IMG/VR virus record: IMGVR_UViG_3300029953_000021
Reading direction: 5' to 3' (one strand)
Length of the DNA: 64,000 nt
Source: an uncultured virus (IMG/VR IMGVR_UViG_3300029953_000021)
Taxonomy: Duplodnaviria > Heunggongvirae > Uroviricota > Caudoviricetes > Schitoviridae
Shown: piece by piece, positions 20,753 to 30,251 of the stretch
Position numbering within the stretch: position 1 is the stretch's first letter
Layout: every line of letters starts with the position of its first letter
Notes under the pieces: model-generated
The model's database searches: none
Told to the model about the DNA's origin: nothing
The model's input: only the letters and a program-made list of their open reading frames with translations
Translations under genes and position numbers: made by a program

Positions 20753-22369
20753 TTAGCTCAGCTGCTGGAGAATCGCTTTCACAGCTGACTCTGGGATACC
20801 CAAAGCTTCCCATCCGAGCTTCGTTGCCTTCTTGTGCTCGGCGAGTTCTTGAGCCGCAGCCTTTTGTCCATTACCATTTCTGGTAGTCTTGAAGGCTTTG
20901 TAGAGGCGCTGGGCTTTGTCCCGACGTGATTCGGCCTCCGCTTTGGCGGCCTTGACCTCGGCGTTCACCTTCTTCGGATCGACCTTGGGAGCGCTGAGAT
21001 CGATACCGCTGGTCTCGTCCGCCAGAGCCTCGGTCGGTTTGACCTCGGCCTTGGTCGCAGGCTGAGCCGGGATCGCTTTCTTGGACAGCTTGCCCTCGAT
21101 CACAGGCAAGATCTGGACGCCTTCGCCCTTCTGGCCAGTGATCTTGACGACCTCGATCGGCTGATCGTGGTCGCCGGCGAGAGCTCGACCCAGGAGGAGC
21201 TGAGCTTCCCCATTGTCGGTGAACGGCTTGTTGTATTTGAGCTTTTGGAAAGCTTCGTCCGACAACTCAAAGAGAATGTGGTAGCCGCACACCCTCATCT
21301 TGTTGGCGTCGTGGTCCGGGACGGCGATCACATCCTCCGGATGGACCTTCGCCAGAACGCAGACGTCTCCACTGAAGCCGCCGACGTAGGCTCGACGAGC
21401 GACATGGAGGCCATAGGAGCACTCGTTCCTGCGGTTCGGATCGACCATAGCCTCATTCATGGTGACGTAGGAGCCGACACGCTGAGTCACTTTGCCGCTG
21501 TGACAATCCACGTAGGTGCCCTTGGTTTGATCCTTGAACCTCAGCACCTTGTAGATGATGATCGAGCCATCCTCGGCGATCGGGAGATCCCCCCGTTCGA
21601 GGAACTTCAGCAGATCCTCGACCGAGTGCCGACGTTTGTCGGCGACGGCCGCCACTCGGGTCATGAAGCTCTGAAGCCCCTTGGCCGAGTTGGTCTGCAC
21701 AGCTCTGGCGATCTGCGGCTTGAGCTTCTCGATGTCGCCGACGACCTTGCCGCCCACGACAGCCACGATGGTATTGTTGCTTCCGACGTCCTTGTCGTCG
21801 AACTCCGGATGACTGACCGGCTGCGCATGGGCGATGATCTCCTCAGTAACTTTGAGGAGATGTGCTGCCTTTGTTGACGCTTCGTTCTCTTCCTGGTCGT
21901 CTTCTTCGACCACGAGAGGCTGATGGACAGGCGTCCGCTCGGCAAAGATCGAATGCCCAGGATTGAGCGGATACCCGCTTCCGACCTTGGGCACCTGGCC
22001 CAGGCTCATGGGCATGGCGACACTTGCCGCCGCAGGCAAAGGCTCGGCCAGAGCTTCGCTGATCACGGCGACAGCTGTGTTCAGGAGGCCAGCGAGCTTG
22101 CCACGATCCAGCTTGAAGAACTGGATCGCCTTGCCGAACAGGTTCTCGAACTCCGAATAGGGGTTTTCGAGCTTGCCGGTGCCGATGTCCACTTCAGCGA
22201 TAGCGCCATTGCCGGTAGCCAGCACAGGCGTGATCGTCTTGATGATCGTGGCGAGCCGAGGGTCACCCTGGAGGATGACCACGGTCTCACCCGTCTCCTT
22301 ATATAGAGTGAGCTGCTGCTGATCGACGACAGCAGCAATCACCCTGATGATGTTGGTTTTCAGTTCCAT
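20753..22369 (-). CDS. rIIB-like protein
   Basis: FLERGDLPIAEDGSIIIYK, DCHSGKV, DPNRRNECSYGLHV, KVHPEDVIAVP, KMRVCGY. Confidence 0.9.
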   Translation of the reverse strand: MELKTNIIRVIAAVVDQQQLTLYKETGETVVILQGDPRLATIIKTITPVLATGNGAIAEVDIGTGKLENPYSEFENLFGKAIQFFKLDRGKLAGLLNTAVAVISEALAEPLPAAASVAMPMSLGQVPKVGSGYPLNPGHSIFAERTPVHQPLVVEEDDQEENEASTKAAHLLKVTEEIIAHAQPVSHPEFDDKDVGSNNTIVAVVGGKVVGDIEKLKPQIARAVQTNSAKGLQSFMTRVAAVADKRRHSVEDLLKFLERGDLPIAEDGSIIIYKVLRFKDQTKGTYVDCHSGKVTQRVGSYVTMNEAMVDPNRRNECSYGLHVARRAYVGGFSGDVCVLAKVHPEDVIAVPDHDANKMRVCGYHILFELSDEAFQKLKYNKPFTDNGEAQLLLGRALAGDHDQPIEVVKITGQKGEGVQILPVIEGKLSKKAIPAQPATKAEVKPTEALADETSGIDLSAPKVDPKKVNAEVKAAKAEAESRRDKAQRLYKAFKTTRNGNGQKAAAQELAEHKKATKLGWEALGIPESAVKAILQQLS

Positions 22370-22379
22370 TGAGGGTCCT

Positions 22380-24881
22380 TCAGCCCAGAAGGGCATGTGT
22401 GAGCTTGGCAATCCGATCGAGACTGCCGTCAGCCTTTGCGGACGGGTTCCGCAGGATCTGCTGAAGCTTTGTGAAGTTCAGCAAATCGACGAAAGCGTTC
22501 GAATTGGCGTTATTTCGAGTATCAGTGATGATCCTCGAAAACGGCTGAGACTTTACATGACGTTCAGCCGCAATAAACGCAGGGTTATCCTTTATTTTGT
22601 GGCTGTAGACACCCGTCTCTACAAGATAACGCCAAAGCGAAAGCACCATCAGATCATGGCTGTTCAGGACAGACTTGAGCCCAAAAGCTGCTCGTACTTC
22701 TTCGATGTCGAATAGAGCCGACAGCAACTGATTTGCTACTGTGCCGTTTGATTTGTTGATGACGTCTCGATTGACGCACTCAGGCCAATAGGCCTGGAGC
22801 GACGGAGACGTGGTGACTTCGTTGCAGACGTAGTTCACCACATAGTCAGTGAGCTCCATTAGACCTTGTTCCTTGAATTTCTTCTCTTGAGGTTCAGTTC
22901 GAACAACAGCGCACACATCTCCGAAGAGCTTGACGATGATGTTCGCTGCACTTGTCTCGAACTGATTGAGGTCGAACCCCCGGATCTCTGCCTTCGAGTA
23001 GATCACTCGAATATAAAAGAGAGGATTGTCTACCCGAGGAGCACCTTCTCGGAAGCAGTTGTCGACCCGAGTCTGCCTGTTCGGCACATGAACGCCGTTG
23101 AGAGCAGGGAAACCTTCAAGCTTGGGCTTGGGAAGCCGAACTTCATCGGTAACGACTGGAGCTTTGTAGGTCTTATGCTTTGCCCAGTTAACTTCCGAGG
23201 TCCAGTCGACCACGATGAAGTTCCGATCAGTGAAGAACTTTCGGATCTCATTGATCTTCGTCCTCGAAAGAGGAGCGTGGTAGAGCCAGACACCACTGGA
23301 TGAACCGTGGGTCAGCACTTCTCGGTCATACCGGACCTTATGCCAAATGTCCTTCTTGGCATAAGTGAGCACCACAACCTTGCGCAGAATGGAGAGATAG
23401 TCTCCATATTCTTTGTAGCGCAAGCTGTGAGGCGGAGCGAGGTGGCCCACTACATAGGAATTCTCATCCCCAATGTAGAGTCTCTGCCGATCCATCACTG
23501 GACTGGCCTCTAAGTCCCGATAAAGGGGACGAAGAACTCGCTTTTTGAACCAGGAATGGGCACTGAGCGGAGTGATGTAGTGCGGATGACCTTTGGCATC
23601 CACCCGAACAGGCCTCTTTTTGGGGAGATCTGTGGTGAGGCGGTGCTTCACTTGGTTCAGCGTGCCACGATCACCCACTCCGAGCTCGATAGCGGTATCG
23701 ATCCGAAGTCCCATGTCCTTCCGATAGAAACTGCTCGTTCCCGGATAGTTTCGACGGGTGTATTGCGCCGTCAGATCCTGGATATTGCCGAGGAACTTGA
23801 TGTCGTCGGTCTGTTTGTTCTTCAGACCGGGCAGGTTCTTCAACGGAGACATCAGTTCACCGATGAGACGCTGCTCCTTGGCGTACTCGATCTGGGTCAG
23901 CAGAAGTCCTTCAGCCTCTTTGGCGATCTGAACGCTGAGCTGTTCACTCAAGAAATCCTGAAAGATCTCTCGGATCGCTTTGATCGTGTGTTCCTGCATG
24001 GACAGGGACTCACGAGATGGGGTGACCGAGATTGTGTCCGGCTTCGCCTGGAACACGATCTTGTAGGCCTCAGCTTCATACCGCCCTGAAAACAAGTTCA
24101 GGAAGGAGATGACTTGCCCATAGAGCGAACGAATCTCTTCATGCTGGGGCACGGGATAGATGACGTTGCCATAGCGCACATAGATCCGGATCCCATGAAG
24201 GTCTCCGATGCCTTCTGTGGCGAGCAGCCAGTTGCCCTGGGCCTTGGAGAGCGGGATGTTGGGCGCCTGCTGGCCGTTGATCAGCACGTTCATCTCGCCG
24301 TTGAAGGCGACACTGCTGAAGTGATGTTCGAAGACTCCACGATCACCGCGGGTCTTCAGAGGAATGGTGACCTGAAGGCCCGTTTCCTGCGTGGGAATGG
24401 AGACAATCGGGGTGATGCCTGGCTTGCCGAACTTGTCGGCCGAGCTCTTCGAGAGGTTGTAGATCGTCTTCGTCCCGCAGTGGTACGAGACGACCTCGAA
24501 GTGATCGCCGTAGGCGAAGGGGCTCTTGCAGCCCAGACCGAAACCGCCCGTTTCCGTGCCGTTGTTCTTCTTGTCGGAGCCGCCATAGGTGCCGTAGAGA
24601 GGCCCCATCATGTCGGGAGCAATGCCGAAAGCGTAGTCCCGGACGACGATCTTCTCGTCGGTGACCTCGACTTTGACCGGTCGATCGGTGATTCCGGCCC
24701 GGATATGAGCATCCCAGGCGTTGCAGAGCACCTCACGAGCGACAGCCAGGCGCTGGTTCGAATAGAGCGAGCTGCTCAGGATCTGAAAGAACGCTGCGTC
24801 GTTGGAGATCCCGAACTCGATGGTCTTGGCGCCTCCGATGACTGCGTGGGTGATGTGGTCGGCAGCGTGAGTGACCTGCAT
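22380..24881 (-). CDS. rIIA-like protein (GHKL ATPase N-terminus)
   Basis: LSSSLYSN...REVLCNAWDAH, VRDYAFGI, GGFGLGCKSPFAY. Confidence 0.9.
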   Translation of the reverse strand: MQVTHAADHITHAVIGGAKTIEFGISNDAAFFQILSSSLYSNQRLAVAREVLCNAWDAHIRAGITDRPVKVEVTDEKIVVRDYAFGIAPDMMGPLYGTYGGSDKKNNGTETGGFGLGCKSPFAYGDHFEVVSYHCGTKTIYNLSKSSADKFGKPGITPIVSIPTQETGLQVTIPLKTRGDRGVFEHHFSSVAFNGEMNVLINGQQAPNIPLSKAQGNWLLATEGIGDLHGIRIYVRYGNVIYPVPQHEEIRSLYGQVISFLNLFSGRYEAEAYKIVFQAKPDTISVTPSRESLSMQEHTIKAIREIFQDFLSEQLSVQIAKEAEGLLLTQIEYAKEQRLIGELMSPLKNLPGLKNKQTDDIKFLGNIQDLTAQYTRRNYPGTSSFYRKDMGLRIDTAIELGVGDRGTLNQVKHRLTTDLPKKRPVRVDAKGHPHYITPLSAHSWFKKRVLRPLYRDLEASPVMDRQRLYIGDENSYVVGHLAPPHSLRYKEYGDYLSILRKVVVLTYAKKDIWHKVRYDREVLTHGSSSGVWLYHAPLSRTKINEIRKFFTDRNFIVVDWTSEVNWAKHKTYKAPVVTDEVRLPKPKLEGFPALNGVHVPNRQTRVDNCFREGAPRVDNPLFYIRVIYSKAEIRGFDLNQFETSAANIIVKLFGDVCAVVRTEPQEKKFKEQGLMELTDYVVNYVCNEVTTSPSLQAYWPECVNRDVINKSNGTVANQLLSALFDIEEVRAAFGLKSVLNSHDLMVLSLWRYLVETGVYSHKIKDNPAFIAAERHVKSQPFSRIITDTRNNANSNAFVDLLNFTKLQQILRNPSAKADGSLDRIAKLTHALLG

Positions 24882-25007
24882 GGTTTCGTTCCTTGGTTCA
24901 GTTTTGGAGAACTAATAGTCATTCGTTGTTTCTGCTAGTCAGAAAACAAATGACAAGCGAAAACCAGCGCGAATCCGTTCCCCTAAGAAAACATAGAGGG
25001 AACAAAT

Positions 25008-25262
25008 TGTGCTGTTTGCTGTGCTGGTTTGTGTACCTTAAAGGAGTCTGACAGGACCCTAAATGCGCAGTATATCTTGTAGGTAGCGCATTGAAATGAT
25101 TACTAAAATCGGATTTCTTAAATTTTGTTGGAAGAAGCCGGAATGGGTTTTCAAGACCGCTGCCTTAAACCACTCGGCCATCCTTCCTAACTCAATGACT
25201 TCAGCTACTTAGTCCTATAACATACCTGCTGAAGCCGTATGATTGTGCTGGTTCTTGTGCTG
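25008..25262. other. attP region: arm-type repeats flanking a tRNA-Ser fragment
   Basis: TGTGCTG pairs with 12-bp period at 25008/25020 and 25244/25256; AT-rich interior; tRNA half at 25146-25187; directly downstream of the integrase. Confidence 0.8.
25146..25187 (-). other. 5' half of tRNA-Ser(UGA), probable att core homology (not a complete tRNA)
   Basis: Minus strand GGAAGGATGGCCGAGTGGTTTAAGGCAGCGGTCTTGAAAACC = acceptor 5' strand, D-arm and anticodon loop CTTGAAA; no variable arm, T-arm or CCA follows. Confidence 0.88.
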
Positions 25263-25265
25263 CTC

Positions 25266-26315
25266 TCACTCCTTGACCCTTTCGGCTTCCTCCGGGGTCA
25301 GGAACTCGAGATAGATCTCCGTTGTCTTGACGCTCGTATGACCGAGGGTTTTTGAGAGCCGATAGATGCTGGCTCTCTCTCCCCGTAGATACTCCACGGC
25401 GAATAGATGACGCAAATCGTGAAAACGGAAGCGTCGAAACGACTGTCCGGCCTTCTCTGCATCGAGAAGCTTTCTACGCCTAAAGTGTGTGTAGTCGGAC
25501 GCCGCTTCGGCAAACGCTTCTCCACTTTCAGCGGGAAAAATCGGATGGGTGGCTGAGAGCCTCTTGGCTTTCTGGCTCTTGAAGAGCTCCAGGGCTCGAT
25601 CCGAGAGGGTGAAGACCCTTCGCTTGTTGCCCTTGCCAGTGACTTCGAGTGTCCCAGCGGCTTCGTTGAAGTCTCGCCACTTGGCATTGACCAGCTCTCC
25701 TTGACGACAGCCAGTGTACCAGGCTCCGCGAACCAGGGAGGCAAAATGGGAGGAGCAAGCCTCGATCATTTCCTCGACCTCATCGGGTTTGGGAAGCACG
25801 ATCGGATCTCGGCGCTCTTTGATCGTTCGTCGCTTGCTGAGTGTGGGATTGCCCTCTCGCCAGCCCTCGCCCTCGGCGAATTCTAGGACACGGGAGATCG
25901 CCGTCAGGTCTCTGCGAATCGTGGCCGGCTTGACGCCAGCAGCTCTACGGGAAGCCATTATGGCGCTGATCGTCGAGCCGTCGATGGCCTCTATGTCTTT
26001 GCCTTGCAGGAAGGGTAAGCACTGCTTGAAGCTGACGCCATACCGTTTGGCCGTCTGGGGACTGAGGTCAGCTTTGGCGTGAGCCCACCATGAGGCTACC
26101 GCCTCATCCCATGTGTGTTGGTGGATGTTGAAGCGTGCGGCGTCCTGGAGCGCCTTGATCCGCTTGTCCCGTCTTTGCCGAGCATCTCGGAGATTGTTCG
26201 TTCTAAGACTTTCTCGGTACTCGACATTGTCGATATACGCTTTGAGCCACCAGACGCCATTTCGCTGGTAGAGGTTTTTCTCATCGCCCTTCGAAGAAGT
26301 CCCTGCTCGTGGCAT
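25266..26315 (-). CDS. int: Tyrosine integrase
   Basis: YTGCRQGEL (R), GKGNK (K), FHDLRH (HxxR), LGHTS (H), TTEIY (Y); N-terminal arm-binding region. Confidence 0.95.
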   Translation of the reverse strand: MPRAGTSSKGDEKNLYQRNGVWWLKAYIDNVEYRESLRTNNLRDARQRRDKRIKALQDAARFNIHQHTWDEAVASWWAHAKADLSPQTAKRYGVSFKQCLPFLQGKDIEAIDGSTISAIMASRRAAGVKPATIRRDLTAISRVLEFAEGEGWREGNPTLSKRRTIKERRDPIVLPKPDEVEEMIEACSSHFASLVRGAWYTGCRQGELVNAKWRDFNEAAGTLEVTGKGNKRRVFTLSDRALELFKSQKAKRLSATHPIFPAESGEAFAEAASDYTHFRRRKLLDAEKAGQSFRRFRFHDLRHLFAVEYLRGERASIYRLSKTLGHTSVKTTEIYLEFLTPEEAERVKE

Positions 26316-26485
26316 AATTTCTCACGGTCGAGGATCCAGCGCTCGAACTTCGCTTTGTCGAATGTCCAGTGCCTTCCGAACTTGGCCGCTCCAGGGATGT
26401 CCCCCAGAGCAGCCATATTGTAGATAGCACGCCGGCTGACACACAGCCTTTCTGCGATCTCGTCAATCGGAACTCGCACGCTCAT
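26096..26485 (-). CDS. xis: Excisionase-like HTH protein overlapping int
   Basis: IDEIAERLCVSRRAIYNMAALGDIPGAAKFGRHWTF, typical MerR/AlpA-like Xis; overlaps the int 5' end by 220 nt. Confidence 0.8.
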   Translation of the reverse strand: MSVRVPIDEIAERLCVSRRAIYNMAALGDIPGAAKFGRHWTFDKAKFERWILDREKLCHEQGLLRRAMRKTSTSEMASGGSKRISTMSSTEKVLERTISEMLGKDGTSGSRRSRTPHASTSTNTHGMRR

Positions 26486-26559
26486 CGACCTTGTTCCACA
26501 ATTTTATCCTCTAAAAGGAATCATGAAACAAGAAGCGAATCAGGTCAAATTAAAGGAAC

Positions 26560-27486
26560 CTAGAGGCACTCGTTCGGGAGTGTCTTCCTAAGTTGGATAA
26601 CCCCAGGGCCAAGGTTTCCACCCAGGTGTTCATTCAGCCACTTACCGTGAAAACCTGAGCCGGGCTCGTCCATTTGGAACTGATGCTCGAACGGCGAAGC
26701 ATGAAGGATGTCGGCCGTCCGGAGCTTGTCGTAGATCGCCAAGGCCCTCTCCAAAGTCATGTCGAAGCCCTCGACGGTTTTGTACGAGGTCGACGCACAT
26801 CGAGCGACAGAGAGCTTTCTTAGACCTTCTTGATAGGCTTCCTCGTCTGGATTGTAGAACCCGGCAAGGTCGGCACGATCCTCATCTGTGATAAATGGCA
26901 GATGCCACTGACCGGGCTGAAGAGTTCGAACATCAGCGCCTTCGATCGCTTTTCGGATCTCGCGAGCGAGAATCTGGATATGCGGTTCGGCGTCCGGATG
27001 GTCCCTAAGAGCCAGGAAGTTCGACCATTGGGTGCTCGTGATCAGCACGGTGATGTGGCTGAAGGGCTCCAAAAGCCTGTTCACGATCTGCTTGTGGTAG
27101 CCGGCCGCATCGAAGGCTTCAGCCATATCGATGGCAAGCCACATAGCCCGTTCCCAGGCTTGTTCACGGGTGAGGCTGCGAGTACGACTGCGTTTAGGCT
27201 GTATCTGGTCAGACACCCAAACCTGGGTGTTGATCTCTTCGCCCGCCTGCATTCCTTTCTGGTTCGCACCCCAATAAAGAGGCACGAAGGGATCATTGAT
27301 CACGTCCTGGATCAGACGTTTTACCGGAAGGGCACGGCTGGAGCCTGCGTTCCGAGAGAACACCTTGTGCGTCAGCACCTCGGCATGGATAGGCCGAGGG
27401 TAGCGACACAGGATCGTGTGGCCGACGATGTTGTGGTCGAGGGCGTGCCTCGAAGCGAGGATCGATTTGGCGCTGATGGTGGTCAT
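26560..27486 (-). CDS. thyX: Flavin-dependent thymidylate synthase, phage type
   Basis: IHAEVLTHKVFSRNAGSSRA, HKQIVNRLLEPF, NFLALR, HASPFEH. Confidence 0.85.
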   Translation of the reverse strand: MTTISAKSILASRHALDHNIVGHTILCRYPRPIHAEVLTHKVFSRNAGSSRALPVKRLIQDVINDPFVPLYWGANQKGMQAGEEINTQVWVSDQIQPKRSRTRSLTREQAWERAMWLAIDMAEAFDAAGYHKQIVNRLLEPFSHITVLITSTQWSNFLALRDHPDAEPHIQILAREIRKAIEGADVRTLQPGQWHLPFITDEDRADLAGFYNPDEEAYQEGLRKLSVARCASTSYKTVEGFDMTLERALAIYDKLRTADILHASPFEHQFQMDEPGSGFHGKWLNEHLGGNLGPGVIQLRKTLPNECL

Positions 27487-28049
27487 AGCAAGTCCGCTGC
27501 GGTGGTATCTTTGAAGGACTGAATGAACCTCCGGTGGCGATCTTCAGCCTTCATGGCTCGATCCCGAAGTTCATTGTTGTGCTTGTGGAGGTCGTCTCGC
27601 TGCCTTTCGAGGTGAGCGATTCGGCGATAAAGTTCGCCGATCTGGCTGATTTCTTTTTTCTGGAAGCGAAGCTGGGGCTTTGTTTTTTGCTTGGCTCGAA
27701 TCTGCTCGACTTTCGTCCAGATCCGGCGAAGCTCAGCCAAGGCTGCCTTGACGATGCTGATCCTGTGCGCGTTGCAAAGTGCAGTCAGCGTGACCATGAC
27801 GCCGCCGACTTCCTGGAATTTCTCGCCGACTGGTCGACCGAACACGTAATCAACAAGAGCATGGGCGTCGTAGCGAGTGCAGCCGCAGGCCTGGACAAGC
27901 TCAAGCGCCTCTTCAAGGAAGCGATGATTACGCTCGTCCGGGTCGTTCACGATGTTGAGATCTTTGCCGGTCTCGGGATCGGAGACGCCGTGAAAGCAAG
28001 CGTGCATCCACTCGCCGATCTCCAGCTCCCAGAGCTTGTCGAGCTGCAT
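27483..28049 (-). CDS. MazG-like NTP pyrophosphohydrolase with coiled-coil tail
   Basis: RFLEEALELVQA...YVFGRPVGEKFQEVGGV acidic helical motifs; start at MQLD. Confidence 0.65.
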   Translation of the reverse strand: MQLDKLWELEIGEWMHACFHGVSDPETGKDLNIVNDPDERNHRFLEEALELVQACGCTRYDAHALVDYVFGRPVGEKFQEVGGVMVTLTALCNAHRISIVKAALAELRRIWTKVEQIRAKQKTKPQLRFQKKEISQIGELYRRIAHLERQRDDLHKHNNELRDRAMKAEDRHRRFIQSFKDTTAADLL

Positions 28050-28249
28050 CAATGGATTTCCTCCCACTTGGTGATGCCGGTCATGGCGAAATAGCGGATC
28101 TCTTTCTTGTCGAGATCCTCGGCTTCGAGCAGCCACTTGGGATGCCACTCGTTGGACCCGATGAACCAATGCAGGGGCCGGATATGCCGGCGAGAAGTCT
28201 CGCCGCGGCAGTTCGTATAGGTGATGTAAACGTCTGAGAACATTTCCAT
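28049..28249 (-). CDS. Stand-alone WYL-like domain protein
   Basis: ITYTNCRGETSRRHIRP...WLLEAEDLDKKEIRYFAMTGI. Confidence 0.7.
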   Translation of the reverse strand: MEMFSDVYITYTNCRGETSRRHIRPLHWFIGSNEWHPKWLLEAEDLDKKEIRYFAMTGITKWEEIH

Positions 28250-28271
28250 TTGTGCCTCCTCTGCTGAAAAG

Positions 28272-28296
28272 AAAAAGGCAGCCAAACTGGCTGCCT
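28272..28296 (-). terminator. Intrinsic terminator
   Basis: AGGCAGCC-AGTTT-GGCTGCCT followed by T run on the minus strand. Confidence 0.75.
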
Positions 28297-28332
28297 CTAA
28301 GAAAAACTGTGGGAGTTTTGGGGAGCGTTAGC

Positions 28333-28470
28333 TCACCACTTCTTGCCGGCCGTGCCGCTGACGGCGCCGATCGCTCGCGAACCCTTGTTGGCCGGCTTCT
28401 GACTGCCGCTCTTCGTCGCGCTCGGGGGAGTCTTGCCGCCGCCGCTCATCTTGCTGCCGCTCTTCGCCAT
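28333..28470 (-). CDS. Small basic Gly/Ser/Lys-rich peptide (45 aa)
   Basis: Read manually: MAKSGSKMSGGGKTPPSATKSGSQKPANKGSRAIGAVSGTAGKKW*; AGGA RBS; terminator downstream. Confidence 0.65.
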   Translation of the reverse strand: MAKSGSKMSGGGKTPPSATKSGSQKPANKGSRAIGAVSGTAGKKW

Positions 28471-28566
28471 ATTCGTTGTCCTATTCGTTGTGAGATCTCA
28501 ACGAGGAAAAGCCTATGACACACTCAAGATGAATGGCAATAGGCTATGTACAACTTCAATGTAAGT

Positions 28567-29013
28567 TTAAGCAGAAATAGCGGCTACGGGTTCATCTGCT
28601 TGGTTCTGATACCGTCCATCGTAAGCAACCGGGTCGGTGACCAGGTGGAAGATGACTTGGGCGATGCCTGAACCAGCAGGGATAACCAGATCTCCGGGAC
28701 CGTGGTAGACGAGCTCCAGGGTCAGAAAACCTTTCCAGCCCGGCTCGATCACTGTGTTGAAGACCGAGAGCCCACGACGAGCCCAGGTGGATTTATCGTG
28801 GACTATGCCCATGAGAGTGTTGGGCATGTCGAACTTTTCGATTGCCGAGGCAATCGAGAATTTATGGCACGCATCCAAGACGATCTTCTGCTTGATGCGA
28901 ATGTCGTAGCCCGCTTCGCTGAAACCATAGCTGACTCCGTGAGCGTATTGCTTCGAAGTCAGCATGTCTTTGATCGGAGCGAGCTCCAACATAGTCTTAC
29001 CGTTGACGGCCAT
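28567..29013 (-). CDS. dcd: dCTP deaminase / dUTPase family
   Basis: GFSEAGYDIR, DKSTWARRGL, VIEPGWKGFLTLEL, IAQVIF, YDGRYQNQ. Confidence 0.88.
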   Translation of the reverse strand: MAVNGKTMLELAPIKDMLTSKQYAHGVSYGFSEAGYDIRIKQKIVLDACHKFSIASAIEKFDMPNTLMGIVHDKSTWARRGLSVFNTVIEPGWKGFLTLELVYHGPGDLVIPAGSGIAQVIFHLVTDPVAYDGRYQNQADEPVAAISA

Positions 29014-29020
29014 GAGTTCC

Positions 29021-30247
29021 CTATCGAATGTGGATGACTTGTCCGAAGGGCACCTTAGCGCCTCGATTACTGATGACAACCCAAAGAATGGGGATTTCGA
29101 AGCCCAAAGGCTCCATCGGAGCACACTGCATATCTGAGAACACGATGGCCGCAGTGGGCCGGTGCTTCAAGATATACTCACGAACAGGCGTGAGATCTGT
29201 GCCGCCCCGACCTTTGATCATGACCTGATCGAAAGGATCCTCCTCGGTGTAGACCTGCTCACTTTGGATGATCGTGTCGAACTGAACGAGGGTCATTTTC
29301 TTGGGCTTGTAATGGTCCTTCACGTACTTAAATTCGCTGTTGAAACGCAGCGCATCCTTGTCCGAGATCGAACCAGACGTGTCCTCGAAATAGATCAGGT
29401 GATCGAGAGCCCCTTCGTCCTCGTAGCGAGAGGGCAGATAGATGTCGGCAAACCTCCGGTTTGGCCTGCTCCAAGTGAAGCCGTTCTCTGCGAGCTCCTG
29501 CATGAAGCGATGCAGGTACTGCTCCCAGGGCACGATTGGAGCCAGGAACTGTGTGAGCAGGGCTTCGATGTCACCTGGCATTTGCCCAGCTCCAGCGAGT
29601 TTGGCCTGCTGCTGAGCCATGATGGCGTTGTTCACGGCCTGGGCCATGTCCTCCTTCGACATGGGTCCGTTGGGGAACATATCGGTGCCGTCATCCGGGA
29701 ATTGGCTCTGGCCTTGTCCTTGAGGATCGGTCGTGGACGAGCCGGCTTGAGGATGGAACTGTCCCCAAGCGCCATGCTGAGGCGCTGTGCCGGCAGTGAT
29801 GAGGGCATCGTAGATGTCCTCTTCCACCATGCCCCGATAGGTCTGGTCCTTCCAACACCATTTGAGCTCTTCGAATGAAAAGCCGTCGTCCTCGAGTTCG
29901 TTGTTGATCTTGATGTCGGTGGCGTAATTCCAGATCTTGGCGTTTCTCTCCCCCTGTCGGTGAAAGTGAAGCAGCGCAGGATGCTTGATTTCGTGAAAGA
30001 GCACGGTGACTCTGGACTTCGGGGAAAGTTTGAGGAACCAATAAGGGTTCCACATGAGGTTCACGCCGTCTGTAGCGGCTGTCCGCATGTCTGGAGTCCA
30101 GAAGAAGTTCAGCGAGCACAGCAGCGGCCCATAGAAGGCCGCATACTTGTGGCTGAACAGCTGGCTCTTGGCTCGATCAAGCTCCCTTGTGAGGAAGTTC
30201 ACATCGAGATCGCTGTAGTCAGTGACGACTTTGCCGGGATCATTCAT
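29021..30247 (-). CDS. Metallopeptidase-like + vWA domain protein (N4 gp25-like)
   Basis: TAATDG, HEIKH (HExxH), MIDAS DTSGS, GRGGTD, FSD. Confidence 0.88.
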   Translation of the reverse strand: MNDPGKVVTDYSDLDVNFLTRELDRAKSQLFSHKYAAFYGPLLCSLNFFWTPDMRTAATDGVNLMWNPYWFLKLSPKSRVTVLFHEIKHPALLHFHRQGERNAKIWNYATDIKINNELEDDGFSFEELKWCWKDQTYRGMVEEDIYDALITAGTAPQHGAWGQFHPQAGSSTTDPQGQGQSQFPDDGTDMFPNGPMSKEDMAQAVNNAIMAQQQAKLAGAGQMPGDIEALLTQFLAPIVPWEQYLHRFMQELAENGFTWSRPNRRFADIYLPSRYEDEGALDHLIYFEDTSGSISDKDALRFNSEFKYVKDHYKPKKMTLVQFDTIIQSEQVYTEEDPFDQVMIKGRGGTDLTPVREYILKHRPTAAIVFSDMQCAPMEPLGFEIPILWVVISNRGAKVPFGQVIHIR

Positions 30248-30251
30248 GGTG

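Noticed and set aside
25100..25187. Complete phage tRNA-Ser gene
   Set aside because: Similarity stops after the anticodon loop; no T-arm (GTTCRA) or acceptor 3' strand
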